Below are positions 27,665 to 40,137 of a DNA stretch of 64,000 nt, one piece after another (the stretch's first letter is position 1; each line of letters begins with the position of its first letter). Both the position numbers and the translations under genes were made by a program. Source of the DNA: Escherichia coli (lineage in GTDB: Bacteria; Pseudomonadota; Gammaproteobacteria; Enterobacterales; Enterobacteriaceae); NCBI RefSeq assembly GCF_003334765.1, contig NZ_QOWT01000001.1. The stretch is one strand, 5' to 3'. The notes below the pieces were generated by a model. That model made no database searches, was not told the origin of the DNA, and saw nothing but the letters and a program-made list of their open reading frames with translations.

Positions 27665-28866
27665 GCGATCTCCTTAGCAGTCTGCGGTGCCGCACGGCGG
27701 AAGAAGCGTTTTTCCCAGCCAATAATCAACATTAGAGCAGCAAACAACAGCAAATATGTCACCAGCAGGCCGCCCATCGGGCCAAAGGTTTTCAGCAGGT
27801 TGATTTTGTCCCAGTCGGTGGCCAGCGCCGGAGCGAAATCATCCCAGTAGTACGCCAGAATCGTTGAGCCGATCACGTTGCCCAGACCGACCCACCAGTA
27901 GTGCACCTGGCCTTCTACCGCGCGGTACATCCAGCCGGTTTCGCAGCCGCCTGCCAGCACGATGCCAAAACCAAACAGTAAACCACCAATTACCGCGTTT
28001 GGTCCCGCCCACATGATTTTGGGTTCAACGCCTAACTGTACGTAACTGAAGATCCCGATGGCACTTACCGCCATACCGATAATGATTGCTTTCGCCATAT
28101 GGGTACGTCCGGTGATCCACATATCGCGGAACGCCGAAGTAAAGCAGATTTGCGCACGTTCAATCAGTAAACCAAAGCCGACGCCAAACAGCATTGCCAG
28201 CCCCAGTTTGGGCTGGTTCATCGCCGTCAGCAGCGCCCAGCCCAGCAGGCCGAAAAAGACCAGCATCCCGAGACGAAAACGACGCCGCGCCTGATCCGGT
28301 TTTTGCGTCAACGGTGAGGCAGCAGAAACTTTCTGCATTTTCACGGGAATACGGAAGATGGGCAGAAGGGTAAAGCGCGCGCCAAACCATGAACCAATGG
28401 CAGTGGCGATGGCAAAGAACCAGGCGTGCAGCGAGAACTGTGGAATTCCGGTAAAGAACGCCGCCAGGTTACAGCCCATTGCCAGACGTGCGCCAAAACC
28501 GGCGATAATACCGCCAATGATGGCCTGCATAATGCGGATACGGCTGCGCGGCATGCGCAGTTTGACATTGTTGGCCCACAGCGCTGCGGCAAAACAGCCG
28601 CCAAACATACCGAGGATCATCATTCCGTCGATGCGGGTTAATGGCGATCCTTCCAGATGGATAATTTTAAAATAACCCCACTCTTCAGCATGGACGCCGA
28701 ACAACTGCAGGAGCTGACCGCCCCAACGGGTAAATTCACCTGTGACAGCCCAAAAGGTGCCAGTGATGCCAAAATAGTAAGTGGAGAGAATACCCGCCGC
28801 GATGACCGCGGGGATGGGCGCCCAGAATTTAATCAACCAGGCGTGTTTGAATTGCTGCCATGACAT
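27661..28866 (-). CDS. yedE: inner membrane transporter YedE (selenium/sulfur-compound transport family)
   Basis: 401 aa polytopic membrane ORF overlapping yedF start. Confidence 0.88.
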   Translation of the reverse strand: MSWQQFKHAWLIKFWAPIPAVIAAGILSTYYFGITGTFWAVTGEFTRWGGQLLQLFGVHAEEWGYFKIIHLEGSPLTRIDGMMILGMFGGCFAAALWANNVKLRMPRSRIRIMQAIIGGIIAGFGARLAMGCNLAAFFTGIPQFSLHAWFFAIATAIGSWFGARFTLLPIFRIPVKMQKVSAASPLTQKPDQARRRFRLGMLVFFGLLGWALLTAMNQPKLGLAMLFGVGFGLLIERAQICFTSAFRDMWITGRTHMAKAIIIGMAVSAIGIFSYVQLGVEPKIMWAGPNAVIGGLLFGFGIVLAGGCETGWMYRAVEGQVHYWWVGLGNVIGSTILAYYWDDFAPALATDWDKINLLKTFGPMGGLLVTYLLLFAALMLIIGWEKRFFRRAAPQTAKEIA

Positions 28867-29049
28867 GAATGTAGCCTCTGAACTCAGAAGGTTTGAAACA
28901 AGAGTCGCGAATCATACACCATGCAAATTTATTTTCGGGGTAATAATTCACAAAAATAATGGTTAGATCAAATTTCTCTCTGAACCTGGAAAGGCTGGCG
29001 ACATCAGGGCTTTAATGCCACAATCCTCTTTTCTTCTCATGCAGGACGA

Positions 29050-29466
29050 ATGATGAAAAAACTCGCAATTGCAGGTGCGCTCATGTTGCTGGCGGGCTGT
29101 GCCGAAGTCGAAAACTATAACAATGTCGTGAAAACCCCCGCGCCGGACTGGCTGGCGGGCTACTGGCAGACCAAAGGGCCGCAACGTGCGTTGGTCAGTC
29201 CGGAAGCGATAGGCAGCCTCATTGTCACTAAAGAGGGCGATACCCTGGATTGCCGTCAGTGGCAGCGGGTGATTGCCGTGCCGGGTAAGTTGACATTGAT
29301 GTCTGATGATCTCACTAACGTTACCGTAAAACGTGAGCTGTACGAGGTTGAGCGTGACGGTAACACCATTGAGTACGATGGTATGACGATGGAGCGTGTG
29401 GATCGCCCGACGGCAGAGTGTGCCGCCGCGCTGGATAAAGCGCCGTTACCGACGCCACTGCCGTAA
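29050..29466 (+). CDS. yedD: lipoprotein YedD
   Basis: 138 aa ORF with lipobox LLAGC. Confidence 0.85.
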   Translation: MMKKLAIAGALMLLAGCAEVENYNNVVKTPAPDWLAGYWQTKGPQRALVSPEAIGSLIVTKEGDTLDCRQWQRVIAVPGKLTLMSDDLTNVTVKRELYEVERDGNTIEYDGMTMERVDRPTAECAAALDKAPLPTPLP

Positions 29467-29499
29467 TGAAATCTCCCCGGCTTGCCGCCGGGGATGGAT

Positions 29500-30987
29500 T
29501 TAAATCACCTCTTCGATAACCCACACGCTGACGCTGCCGCCGTTGCAAAAGAAGGTCGCTTCGCCGTTTTCGTCTGTCACTACGCTCTCTTGCCGGTTCC
29601 CCAGAAAATCACGCCAGGTTTTATTGCCGTAATTCTCTCCCAGATGAATGGTTTTTTCGCCATCATCTCCGTTCGACATGACCACCACGCAGCCGGGATA
29701 TTCGTCGGTGCCACTGCGGCTAAAGGCAATGCAGTTCGGATGGTCGAAAAATAACGTCTGTACACCGTGGGCGAAACGCTGACGGGCGAGAATTAACTCA
29801 TCAAGCTGTTCGATTATTGGCATATCTATCGGATAGGTTTGCCCGTCACCACCGACATCTTCGTAATGTGCACCGTAGAGGTCCGGATAGAACACCGAAG
29901 GAACGCCATTTTCCCGCAACAAAATTAAGGCATACGCCAGCGGTTTAAACCACGGTTCGACGGGGGCTTCGAGGGCTTGCAACGGTTGGGTGTCGTGGTT
30001 GGCAACGAGGGTTACGGCGTGAAAAGGATCGGCTTCCACCAGCGTCCCAGTGAAGATCTGCGTCATGTCGTAGTCGCGACCCATGCGCGATGCTTCATGG
30101 AATTTCATCTGCAGCGGCGCATCAAACAGCATGGTTTTGCCTTCCACCTGATCAATATACGTTTGCAGTTTATCGACTTCATGCGACCAGTATTCAGCCA
30201 CAATAAACAACGGCTTTGGCGCAACTTCCTGTACGTGTTCGATCCACTCTTTATAAAACCATGCCGGAATATGTTTGACCGCATCAAGACGAAAGCCGTC
30301 GCATTGCGTTTGTTCCATCACCCAGCGCGCCCAGTATTTAATCTCTTCCGTCACGGCATGATTGCGAAAATCGATATTCTCCCCCATCAGATAATCGAAA
30401 TTACCGAGTTCATCATCAACCTGATCGTTCCAGCCTTCTCCGGTATAGTCGTTAACAATTTTAAAAATGCCATCTTCATCAGGGTTTTCGATATGGTCGA
30501 TACCGCTAAAACATTTGAAATCCCAGATAAACTGCGAGTATTGCCCGGCACGAGCGGGGAAGGTGTAACGCGTCCAGCCTTCACACTCAATGATTTCTTC
30601 GTCAATTTGCGTACGGTCATCAGCATTTACACGCTGCACGCGAATAGCTTCTTTTTCATCCGCGCCCATTTTGTGGTTGACTACCACGTCCAGCAGCACC
30701 GCAATGTCATTACGTTTCAGGGCGTCAATGGCGGCCAGCAGTTGTGCTTTATCACCATATTTAGTAGGGATGCTGCCTTTCTGATCAAACTCACCTAGAT
30801 CAAATAAATCATAGGAGTCGTAGCCGACCGAATAGCCGCCCGATGCGCCTTTATAGGCGGGCGGCAACCAGACCATATTGATACCAATATCATTAAAACC
30901 GTCTGCGCGCTCGGCCAGTTCAGGCCAGAGCTTACCGCCTTCCGGGTAATACCAGTGAAAACATTGTAACAGCGTGGGATTACGCAT
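29500..30987 (-). CDS. amyA: cytoplasmic alpha-amylase AmyA
   Basis: 495 aa GH13 [24 protein letters not shown]... Confidence 0.9.
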   Translation of the reverse strand: MRNPTLLQCFHWYYPEGGKLWPELAERADGFNDIGINMVWLPPAYKGASGGYSVGYDSYDLFDLGEFDQKGSIPTKYGDKAQLLAAIDALKRNDIAVLLDVVVNHKMGADEKEAIRVQRVNADDRTQIDEEIIECEGWTRYTFPARAGQYSQFIWDFKCFSGIDHIENPDEDGIFKIVNDYTGEGWNDQVDDELGNFDYLMGENIDFRNHAVTEEIKYWARWVMEQTQCDGFRLDAVKHIPAWFYKEWIEHVQEVAPKPLFIVAEYWSHEVDKLQTYIDQVEGKTMLFDAPLQMKFHEASRMGRDYDMTQIFTGTLVEADPFHAVTLVANHDTQPLQALEAPVEPWFKPLAYALILLRENGVPSVFYPDLYGAHYEDVGGDGQTYPIDMPIIEQLDELILARQRFAHGVQTLFFDHPNCIAFSRSGTDEYPGCVVVMSNGDDGEKTIHLGENYGNKTWRDFLGNRQESVVTDENGEATFFCNGGSVSVWVIEEVI

Positions 30988-31064
30988 TCTTCGACTCCAT
31001 TCAAGGGGAATATTAGAAGCGTAGCCGTAATCGGATTATTCGCGAGCCATCGGCTCATTAAGAT

Positions 31065-31430
31065 TCAAAAGAGGTTATCCTGCGGAGCCAGCACAAAGCC
31101 GCCCTGATCGCCATAGGCACTTAACACCGATTTTTGCACCGATGACTGACCGACCAGTTTCGCCAGTTCATCCATCCGAATCTGTAATAACTGTTTTACC
31201 TTGCTTTCGTTGTCGAGAATCAGGCGCAGCATCGGGCGGAGCTGCTCCTGCATCGTAGTGGACGGGGCAACCTCTTCAGTCAGGTGTGCGATCTCCTGCA
31301 CCGCATTCACATACGCCATTTCGCTGGCGATGAGTTCGTCCCATTGTTCTTCCGTTGCCAGGCGTAACATGAGCTGGCTTTTTTCGACGAGTTGTTGCCA
31401 GGCGAAATACAAATGCGGTGCATTGTTCAT
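31065..31430 (-). CDS. fliT: flagellar export chaperone / anti-FlhDC factor FliT
   Basis: 121 aa ORF. Confidence 0.88.
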
Positions 31431-31840
31431 CAGACTGGGTCCTGAATCAAAGAAGGGGAGAGTAAAGACTCTTTCCAGGCATCGGCAATATTGCGCATTA
31501 ATGCTTCCACTTCTTCGACTGCGGAGACATCGTTACGTAAATTGGCTTGCAGCAAGCGCCTGACCATATAGCTATAAAGAGCAATCAAGTTTTGGGTTAA
31601 TTCGTCTTTGCTATCTTCATCAAGACTCACCCGCAGTCCGTTCTCAATGATGTTGATCGCTTTTGACAAAGAGACGCCTTTGCCTTGCTGATTGTTGTCC
31701 TGCATAAACAGGCGCGCTCTAACCAGTGCGCTCAGCACTCCATCAAATAGCATGGTGACCAGCTGCTGCTGGCTGGCGCTCATTACGGCGCTTTCGACGC
31801 CAATTTGTGCATAGGCTTTTGAGCCGCTCGCGGTATACAT
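31430..31840 (-). CDS. fliS: flagellin-specific chaperone FliS
   Basis: 136 aa ORF. Confidence 0.9.
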
Positions 31841-31854
31841 GCTGACCTCCGTGA

Positions 31855-33267
31855 TCAGGAATTACTCATTGCAGTAAATTGTTGGCTGAGATAGGTACTG
31901 GTGTTATTCAGTTTGCTCATCATGGTATCTAATTGCGTAAACTGTGCAGTGTAACGCGCCACGGTGTCATCAATGCTGGCACTGACGGATAGATACTGTT
32001 TGGTCAGTTTTTTCAGTGTGGCGTTAATACTGTCCTGTGCGCTATCAATAATGCCATCATCGGCAAGGTAACCTTTTACCTCGGTGGTAATTTTGGTGGT
32101 AATTCCTGTTTCTTTACCATCGCCTACCAGCAATTCACGTACGGATGCTGTATTTTCATTCAGGACTTTTTTGAGTTTATCATCATCAATTTTCAGCTTA
32201 CCCGTCGTGCCGTCCTGCTTAATCCCGATCTCGTTTAATGTTTTGAAGGCACCGTCGCTGGCACCGTTTGCAAATTGTGCGCGGATGCCGCTTTGAATTG
32301 TACGTACAACGCTGTCTCCGAGAAGTGCACCATTATTTTTATCTTGTGCTTCAGCACCTGGGTCTACTTCTTTATATTTTGTCAGGGTGTTAAAGGTGTC
32401 AATGAGGGAGTTATATGAATCCACCCAGCCTTTAATTGCTTCGGTTGCTTTATCGTTGCTTTTTGTCACCGTGACCCGGACGTCAGTGACTTTTTTGGTC
32501 AAATCGAGAGTCACTCCCTGAGGAGCATCGGTAATTTTGTTACTTGAACGTTCAATATCGATACCGTTAACGTTTAGCTGTGCATTTTGCGCGTTAACCA
32601 GTTCCTTCATATTCCCGGTGTTGGTCTTGCTGTCATAAGCCAGCAGATCATTTAATTTACTGTCACCCTCAACAGATATGGTCATTTTATTGGCCAGACC
32701 TTCACTGGCGGTCAATACCAATTGATAGTCACCATCTTTGACTTTAACGATACTAGCGGAAATTCCACTATCGGCATCGTTAATGGCTTTGCTGATCTCA
32801 CCCAATGACGTCTGATCTTTATTGAGCTTGATTTCCAGCGGCTCTTTACGGCCGTCTTGGGTAATTTTTATTGTGCGTGTATCTGATGACTCATCACCCA
32901 GTGCATCTTTTGTTGATGCAATGATTGTCGGGGAATCAGTTCGTAAAGATTGCGCCTGCGCCAGTTGGGTTACGCTGATGGTATAGATACCGGGGGCAGC
33001 ACCTGCTTCGGTGGAAACTTTAAGGTCTTCATTGCTACTGGTAACGGTAGTGCTTTTGAACAGATCGGCTTTATTTAACGCAGTATTTGCAGTCTGGAAT
33101 TTTTCTAATGCACTTTTTAATGTGCCATAGGCTGTCAGACGTGCGGTATTGTCACTCTGTTGCTGAGTAATTGGGTTTAAGCGTTTTTTTTCAGCGATGG
33201 TCAGGTTGTTTAGCAATGTATCCAGCGGCAGATTCGAACCAACGCCAAGAGATGTAAATGAAGCCAT
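31855..33267 (-). CDS. fliD: flagellar filament cap protein FliD (divergent allele)
   Basis: ORF track 31855..33345; start at ATG 33265-33267 giving MASFTSLGVGSNLPLDTLL...; 470 aa. Confidence 0.88.
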   Translation of the reverse strand: MASFTSLGVGSNLPLDTLLNNLTIAEKKRLNPITQQQSDNTARLTAYGTLKSALEKFQTANTALNKADLFKSTTVTSSNEDLKVSTEAGAAPGIYTISVTQLAQAQSLRTDSPTIIASTKDALGDESSDTRTIKITQDGRKEPLEIKLNKDQTSLGEISKAINDADSGISASIVKVKDGDYQLVLTASEGLANKMTISVEGDSKLNDLLAYDSKTNTGNMKELVNAQNAQLNVNGIDIERSSNKITDAPQGVTLDLTKKVTDVRVTVTKSNDKATEAIKGWVDSYNSLIDTFNTLTKYKEVDPGAEAQDKNNGALLGDSVVRTIQSGIRAQFANGASDGAFKTLNEIGIKQDGTTGKLKIDDDKLKKVLNENTASVRELLVGDGKETGITTKITTEVKGYLADDGIIDSAQDSINATLKKLTKQYLSVSASIDDTVARYTAQFTQLDTMMSKLNNTSTYLSQQFTAMSNS

Positions 33268-33305
33268 ACCTAATTCCTTTTGATTGCAAACAGTAGATAA
33301 GCGGG

Positions 33306-33332
33306 TTATCGGCAATTTGTGCGCAAAGTTTA
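33306..33332 (-). promoter_or_regulatory. sigma-28 (FliA) promoter of fliDST
   Basis: Minus strand reads TAAACTTT-N11-GCCGATAA about 35 bp upstream of the fliD start. Confidence 0.7.
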
Positions 33333-33425
33333 ATAGTTGATTCACGAAGATGATGCGCAGAGTAGAGTTGTATATTACGGATATTTCAGCCGTTAAGAAA
33401 AAACAGGAGAGAAACTAAAATTTTC

Positions 33426-33452
33426 TAAAGTTCGAAATTCAGGTGCCGATAC
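33426..33452 (+). promoter_or_regulatory. sigma-28 (FliA) promoter of fliC
   Basis: TAAAGTTC-N11-GCCGATAC about 70 bp upstream of the fliC ATG. Confidence 0.7.
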
Positions 33453-33521
33453 AAGGGGTACGGTGAGAAACCGTGGGCAACAGCCCAATAACATCAAGTT
33501 GTAATTGATAAGGAAAAGATC

Positions 33522-35015
33522 ATGGCACAAGTCATTAATACAAACAGCCTGTCGCTGTTGACCCAGAATAACCTGAATAAATCTCAGTCTTCTCTGAGCT
33601 CCGCCATTGAACGTCTCTCTTCTAGCCTGCGTATTAACAGTGCTAAAGATGACGCAGCAGGTCAGGCGATTGCTAACCGTTTTACGGCAAATATTAAAGG
33701 TCTGACTCAGGCTTCCCGTAACGCGAATGATGGTATTTCTGTTGCGCAGACCACTGAAGGTGCGCTGAATGAAATTAACAACAACCTGCAGCGTATTCGT
33801 GAACTTTCTGTTCAGGCAACTAACGGTACTAACTCTGACAGTGACCTGACCTCCATCCAGTCCGAAATCCAGCAACGTCTGAGTGAAATTGACCGTGTTT
33901 CTGGTCAGACTCAGTTTAACGGCGTTAAAGTGCTGGCTTCTGATCAGGATATGACTATTCAGGTTGGTGCAAACGACGGCGAAACAATTACTATTAAACT
34001 GCAGGAAATTAATTCCGACACACTGGGATTATCTGGTTTTGGTATTAAAGATCCTACTAAATTAAAAGCCGCAACAGCTGAAACAACCTATTTTGGATCG
34101 ACAGTTAAGCTTGCTGACGCTAATACACTTGATGCAGATATTACAGCTACAGTTAAAGGCACTACGACTCCGGGCAAACGTGACGGTAATATTATGTCTG
34201 ATGCTAACGGTAAGTTGTACGTTAAAGTTGCCGGTTCAGATAAATCCCCTGAAAATGGTTATTATGAAGTTACTGTGGAGGATGATCCGACATCTCCTGA
34301 TGCAGGTAAGCTGAAGCTGGGGGCTCTAGCGGGTACCCAGCCTCAAGCAGGTAATTTAAAGGAAGTCACAACGGTGAAAGGGAAGGGGGCTATTGATGTT
34401 CAGTTGGGTACTGATACCGCAACCGCTTCTATCACAGGTGCAAAACTCTTTAAGTTAGAAGACGCTAATGGCAAAGATACTGGTTCATTTGCGTTGATTG
34501 GTGATGACGGTAAACAGTATGCAGCGAATGTTGATCAGAAAACAGGTGCAGTTTCCGTTAAAACAATGTCTTACACTGATGCTGACGGTGTCAAACACGA
34601 CAATGTTAAAGTTGAACTGGGTGGAAGCGATGGCAAAACCGAAGTTGTAACTGCAACCGATGGCAAAACTTACAGTGTTAGTGATTTACAAGGTAAGAGC
34701 CTGAAAACTGATTCTATTGCAGCAATTTCTACGCAGAAAACAGAAGATCCTTTGGCTGCTATCGATAAAGCACTGTCTCAGGTTGACTCGTTGCGTTCTA
34801 ACCTAGGTGCAATTCAAAACCGTTTCGACTCTGCCATCACCAACCTTGGCAACACCGTAAACAACCTGTCTTCTGCCCGTAGCCGTATCGAAGATGCTGA
34901 CTACGCGACCGAAGTGTCTAACATGTCTCGTGCGCAGATCCTGCAACAAGCAGGTACTTCTGTTCTGGCACAGGCTAACCAGACCACGCAGAACGTACTG
35001 TCTCTGCTGCGTTAA
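33522..35015 (+). CDS. fliC: flagellin FliC (H-antigen; variable central domain)
   Basis: 497 aa ORF MAQVINTNSLSLLTQNNLNKSQSSLSSAIERL... ...AQANQTTQNVLSLLR. Confidence 0.93.
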   Translation: MAQVINTNSLSLLTQNNLNKSQSSLSSAIERLSSSLRINSAKDDAAGQAIANRFTANIKGLTQASRNANDGISVAQTTEGALNEINNNLQRIRELSVQATNGTNSDSDLTSIQSEIQQRLSEIDRVSGQTQFNGVKVLASDQDMTIQVGANDGETITIKLQEINSDTLGLSGFGIKDPTKLKAATAETTYFGSTVKLADANTLDADITATVKGTTTPGKRDGNIMSDANGKLYVKVAGSDKSPENGYYEVTVEDDPTSPDAGKLKLGALAGTQPQAGNLKEVTTVKGKGAIDVQLGTDTATASITGAKLFKLEDANGKDTGSFALIGDDGKQYAANVDQKTGAVSVKTMSYTDADGVKHDNVKVELGGSDGKTEVVTATDGKTYSVSDLQGKSLKTDSIAAISTQKTEDPLAAIDKALSQVDSLRSNLGAIQNRFDSAITNLGNTVNNLSSARSRIEDADYATEVSNMSRAQILQQAGTSVLAQANQTTQNVLSLLR

Positions 35016-35026
35016 TCGCCGCTATA

Positions 35027-35048
35027 TTCTGCCAAACCCCGCTCCGGC
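35027..35048 (+). terminator. Rho-independent terminator of fliC
   Basis: ccccgctccggcgggg hairpin followed by tttttt. Confidence 0.75.
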
Positions 35049-35180
35049 GGGGTTTTTTCTACCCGGCAAATAGCCGTAACCCCCAAATAACCCCTCATTT
35101 CACCCACTAATCGTCCGATTAAAAACCCTGCAGAAACGGATAATCATGCCGATAACTCATATAACGCAGGGCTGTTTATC

Positions 35181-35900
35181 GTGAATTCACTCTATACCGC
35201 TGAAGGTGTAATGGATAAACACTCGCTGTGGCAGCGTTATGTCCCGCTGGTGCGTCACGAAGCATTGCGCCTGCAGGTTCGACTGCCCGCGAGCGTGGAA
35301 CTTGACGATCTGCTACAGGCGGGCGGCATTGGGTTACTTAATGCCGTCGAACGCTATGACGCTCTACAAGGAACGGCATTTACAACTTACGCAGTGCAGC
35401 GTATTCGTGGCGCTATGCTGGATGAACTTCGCAGCCGTGACTGGGTGCCGCGCAGCGTGCGTCGCAACGCGCGTGAAGTGGCACAGGCAATAGGGCAACT
35501 GGAGCAGGAACTTGGCCGCAACGCCACGGAAACTGAGGTTGCGGAACGTTTAGGGATCGATATTGCCGATTATCGCCAAATGTTGCTCGACACCAATAAC
35601 AGCCAGCTCTTCTCCTACGATGAGTGGCGCGAAGAGCACGGCGATAGCATCGAACTGGTTACTGATGATCATCAGCGAGAAAACCCGCTACAACAACTGC
35701 TGGACAGTAATCTGCGCCAGCGGGTGATGGAAGCCATCGAAACGTTGCCGGAGCGCGAAAAACTGGTATTAACCCTCTATTATCAGGAAGAGCTGAATCT
35801 CAAAGAGATTGGTGCGGTGCTGGAGGTCGGGGAATCGCGGGTCAGTCAGTTACACAGCCAGGCTATTAAACGGTTACGCACTAAACTGGGTAAGTTATAA
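35181..35900 (+). CDS. fliA: flagellar sigma factor sigma-28 FliA
   Basis: 239 aa sigma-70-family ORF. Confidence 0.93.
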   Translation: MNSLYTAEGVMDKHSLWQRYVPLVRHEALRLQVRLPASVELDDLLQAGGIGLLNAVERYDALQGTAFTTYAVQRIRGAMLDELRSRDWVPRSVRRNAREVAQAIGQLEQELGRNATETEVAERLGIDIADYRQMLLDTNNSQLFSYDEWREEHGDSIELVTDDHQRENPLQQLLDSNLRQRVMEAIETLPEREKLVLTLYYQEELNLKEIGAVLEVGESRVSQLHSQAIKRLRTKLGKL

Positions 35901-35945
35901 CGTCAGTAAATGCCGCACTTTAATTTTGACTACCAGGAGTTCTTA

Positions 35946-36497
35946 ATGATGGTGCAGCACCTGAAAAGACGGCCATTAAGCCGCTATCTTAAAGACTTTA
36001 AACACAGCCAGACCCATTGCGCGCATTGCCGTAAATTACTCGATCGCATTACCTTAGTTCGCGACGGCAAAATAGTGAATAAAATCGAGATTTCCCGCCT
36101 GGACACGCTGCTTGATGAAAATGGCTGGCAAGTGGAACAACAATCATGGGCGGCATTGTGCCGATTTTGCGGTGATTTACATTGCAAAACGCAGAGTAAT
36201 TTTTTCGATATTATCGGCTTTAAGCAATTTCTTTTTGAGCAAACTGAAATGAGCCCTGGTACGGTGCGTGAATATGTCGTTCGTCTGCGCCGTTTGGGGA
36301 ATCATCTACACGAGCAAAATATTTCCCTCGCTCAGCTGCAGGACGGTTTCCTTGATGAAATCCTCGCCCCGTGGCTGCCCACCACCAGCACCAACAATTA
36401 CCGCATCGCGTTACGGAAGTATCAACACTATCAGCGTCAAACGTGTACCGGACTTGTGCAGAAATCCTCCAGCCAACCTGCTTCTGATATATATTAA
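35946..36497 (+). CDS. fliZ: regulator FliZ
   Basis: ORF track 35910..36497; start at ATG 35946 giving MMVQHLKRRPLSRYLKDF... Confidence 0.88.
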   Translation: MMVQHLKRRPLSRYLKDFKHSQTHCAHCRKLLDRITLVRDGKIVNKIEISRLDTLLDENGWQVEQQSWAALCRFCGDLHCKTQSNFFDIIGFKQFLFEQTEMSPGTVREYVVRLRRLGNHLHEQNISLAQLQDGFLDEILAPWLPTTSTNNYRIALRKYQHYQRQTCTGLVQKSSSQPASDIY

Positions 36498-36584
36498 ATA
36501 AGAATAAGATGTAGCGGAGTTGTTTTTGTGTTTACAAACAATGGCTCTACACTGCAAACAGACATAACAACATTCGGGGTAAAT

Positions 36585-38476
<1,892 letters not shown>

Positions 38477-38490
38477 CTCCGGGAACGCTC

Positions 38491-39159
38491 ATGCAAGAAA
38501 GTATACAACTGGTTATTGATTCCTTGCCGTTCCTGTTGAAAGGGGCTGGGTATACTCTGCAACTCAGTATCGGCGGCATGTTTTTTGGCTTACTACTCGG
38601 ATTTATTCTCGCGCTGATGCGCCTGTCGCCAATCTGGCCCGTGCGCTGGCTGGCGCGTTTTTATATCTCTATTTTTCGTGGTACGCCGCTCATCGCACAA
38701 CTGTTTATGATCTATTACGGCCTGCCGCAGTTTGGTATCGAATTAGATCCCATTCCGTCAGCAATGATTGGTCTGTCGCTGAACACTGCCGCCTATGCCG
38801 CCGAAACGCTGCGCGCCGCCATTTCTTCTATTGATAAAGGTCAGTGGGAAGCCGCTGCCAGTATTGGTATGACGCCGTGGCAGACCATGCGTCGCGCGAT
38901 TTTGCCACAGGCGGCGCGGGTGGCGTTGCCGCCGCTGTCGAACAGCTTTATCAGTCTGGTAAAAGATACGTCGCTGGCCGCGACAATCCAGGTGCCGGAG
39001 CTGTTCCGTCAGGCGCAGTTGATTACCTCGCGCACGCTGGAGGTGTTCACCATGTACCTGGCGGCTTCGCTCATCTACTGGATCATGGCGACTGTGTTAT
39101 CGACGTTGCAGAACCATTTTGAGAATCAACTTAATCGCCAGGAGAGAGAACCAAAATGA
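38491..39159 (+). CDS. tcyL: cystine ABC transporter permease TcyL (YecS)
   Basis: 222 aa membrane permease ORF. Confidence 0.9.
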   Translation: MQESIQLVIDSLPFLLKGAGYTLQLSIGGMFFGLLLGFILALMRLSPIWPVRWLARFYISIFRGTPLIAQLFMIYYGLPQFGIELDPIPSAMIGLSLNTAAYAAETLRAAISSIDKGQWEAAASIGMTPWQTMRRAILPQAARVALPPLSNSFISLVKDTSLAATIQVPELFRQAQLITSRTLEVFTMYLAASLIYWIMATVLSTLQNHFENQLNRQEREPK

Positions 39160-39908
39160 GTGCCATTGAAGTTAAGAACCTGGTGAAAAAATTTCACGGT
39201 CAGACGGTGCTGCACGGTATCGACCTCGAGGTAAAGCCTGGCGAAGTGGTGGCAATTATCGGTCCGAGTGGTTCCGGCAAAACCACGTTGCTACGCAGCA
39301 TAAATCTGCTGGAACAACCGGAAGCGGGAACGATCACCGTTGGCGATATCACTATTGATACTGCACGTTCATTAAGTCAGCAAAAATCGCTGATTCGCCA
39401 GTTGCGTCAGCACGTCGGGTTTGTCTTCCAGAACTTTAATTTGTTTCCGCATCGTACGGTGCTGGAAAACATTATTGAAGGGCCGGTGATCGTCAAAGGC
39501 GAACCGAAAGAAGAGGCCACGGCGCGCGCTCGCGAGCTGCTGGCGAAAGTTGGGCTGGCCGGTAAAGAAACCAGCTATCCACGTCGTTTGTCTGGCGGTC
39601 AACAGCAGCGTGTAGCGATTGCGCGTGCGCTGGCAATGCGTCCTGAGGTGATTTTGTTTGACGAGCCAACGTCAGCGCTGGATCCAGAGCTGGTGGGCGA
39701 AGTCCTGAACACAATCCGCCAGCTGGCGCAGGAAAAGCGCACGATGGTGATTGTGACGCACGAAATGAGCTTTGCCCGGGATGTTGCGGACCGGGCGATT
39801 TTTATGGACCAGGGGCGGATAGTCGAGCAGGGGGCAGCAAAAGCGTTATTTGCTGATCCCCAGCAGCCTCGCACCCGCCAGTTCCTCGAGAAGTTTCTGC
39901 TGCAATAA
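39156..39908 (+). CDS. tcyN: cystine ABC transporter ATP-binding protein TcyN (YecC)
   Basis: 250 aa ORF with Walker A GPSGSGKTT and ABC signature LSGGQQQR. Confidence 0.9.
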   Translation: MSAIEVKNLVKKFHGQTVLHGIDLEVKPGEVVAIIGPSGSGKTTLLRSINLLEQPEAGTITVGDITIDTARSLSQQKSLIRQLRQHVGFVFQNFNLFPHRTVLENIIEGPVIVKGEPKEEATARARELLAKVGLAGKETSYPRRLSGGQQQRVAIARALAMRPEVILFDEPTSALDPELVGEVLNTIRQLAQEKRTMVIVTHEMSFARDVADRAIFMDQGRIVEQGAAKALFADPQQPRTRQFLEKFLLQ

Positions 39909-40137
39909 TAAGAAAAAATCAGCCCCGACGATTCACCTGTCGGGGCGGGACGCCATTTCAAGCCTGATAAAACTGCTTAACAAATCAGCATAACTCATTA
40001 ATAACATAAGAGAATGCTATGGCTTGCAAAAGTAATTCATTGCCTGAATAATATAAATTATATATAAATCTTATTTATGTGATAGTTTGAATTATCATTA
40101 TAAATGATACTCACTCTCAGGGGCGTTGCGGTTTACT

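Noticed and set aside
33522-35015. Possibility that the whole window is Salmonella rather than Escherichia because of the flagellin termini
   Set aside because: The backbone (dcm/vsr, rcsA-dsrB-dsrA, araFGH-otsBA-flhDC order and protein sequences) matches E. coli-type organisation; only fliC/fliD look foreign
35121-35156. Possible sigma-28 promoter upstream of fliA (GCCGATAA at 35148-35155)
   Set aside because: The -10-like element is present but the expected -35 TAAAGTTT at the 11-bp spacing is not, so the call is not supported by sequence alone
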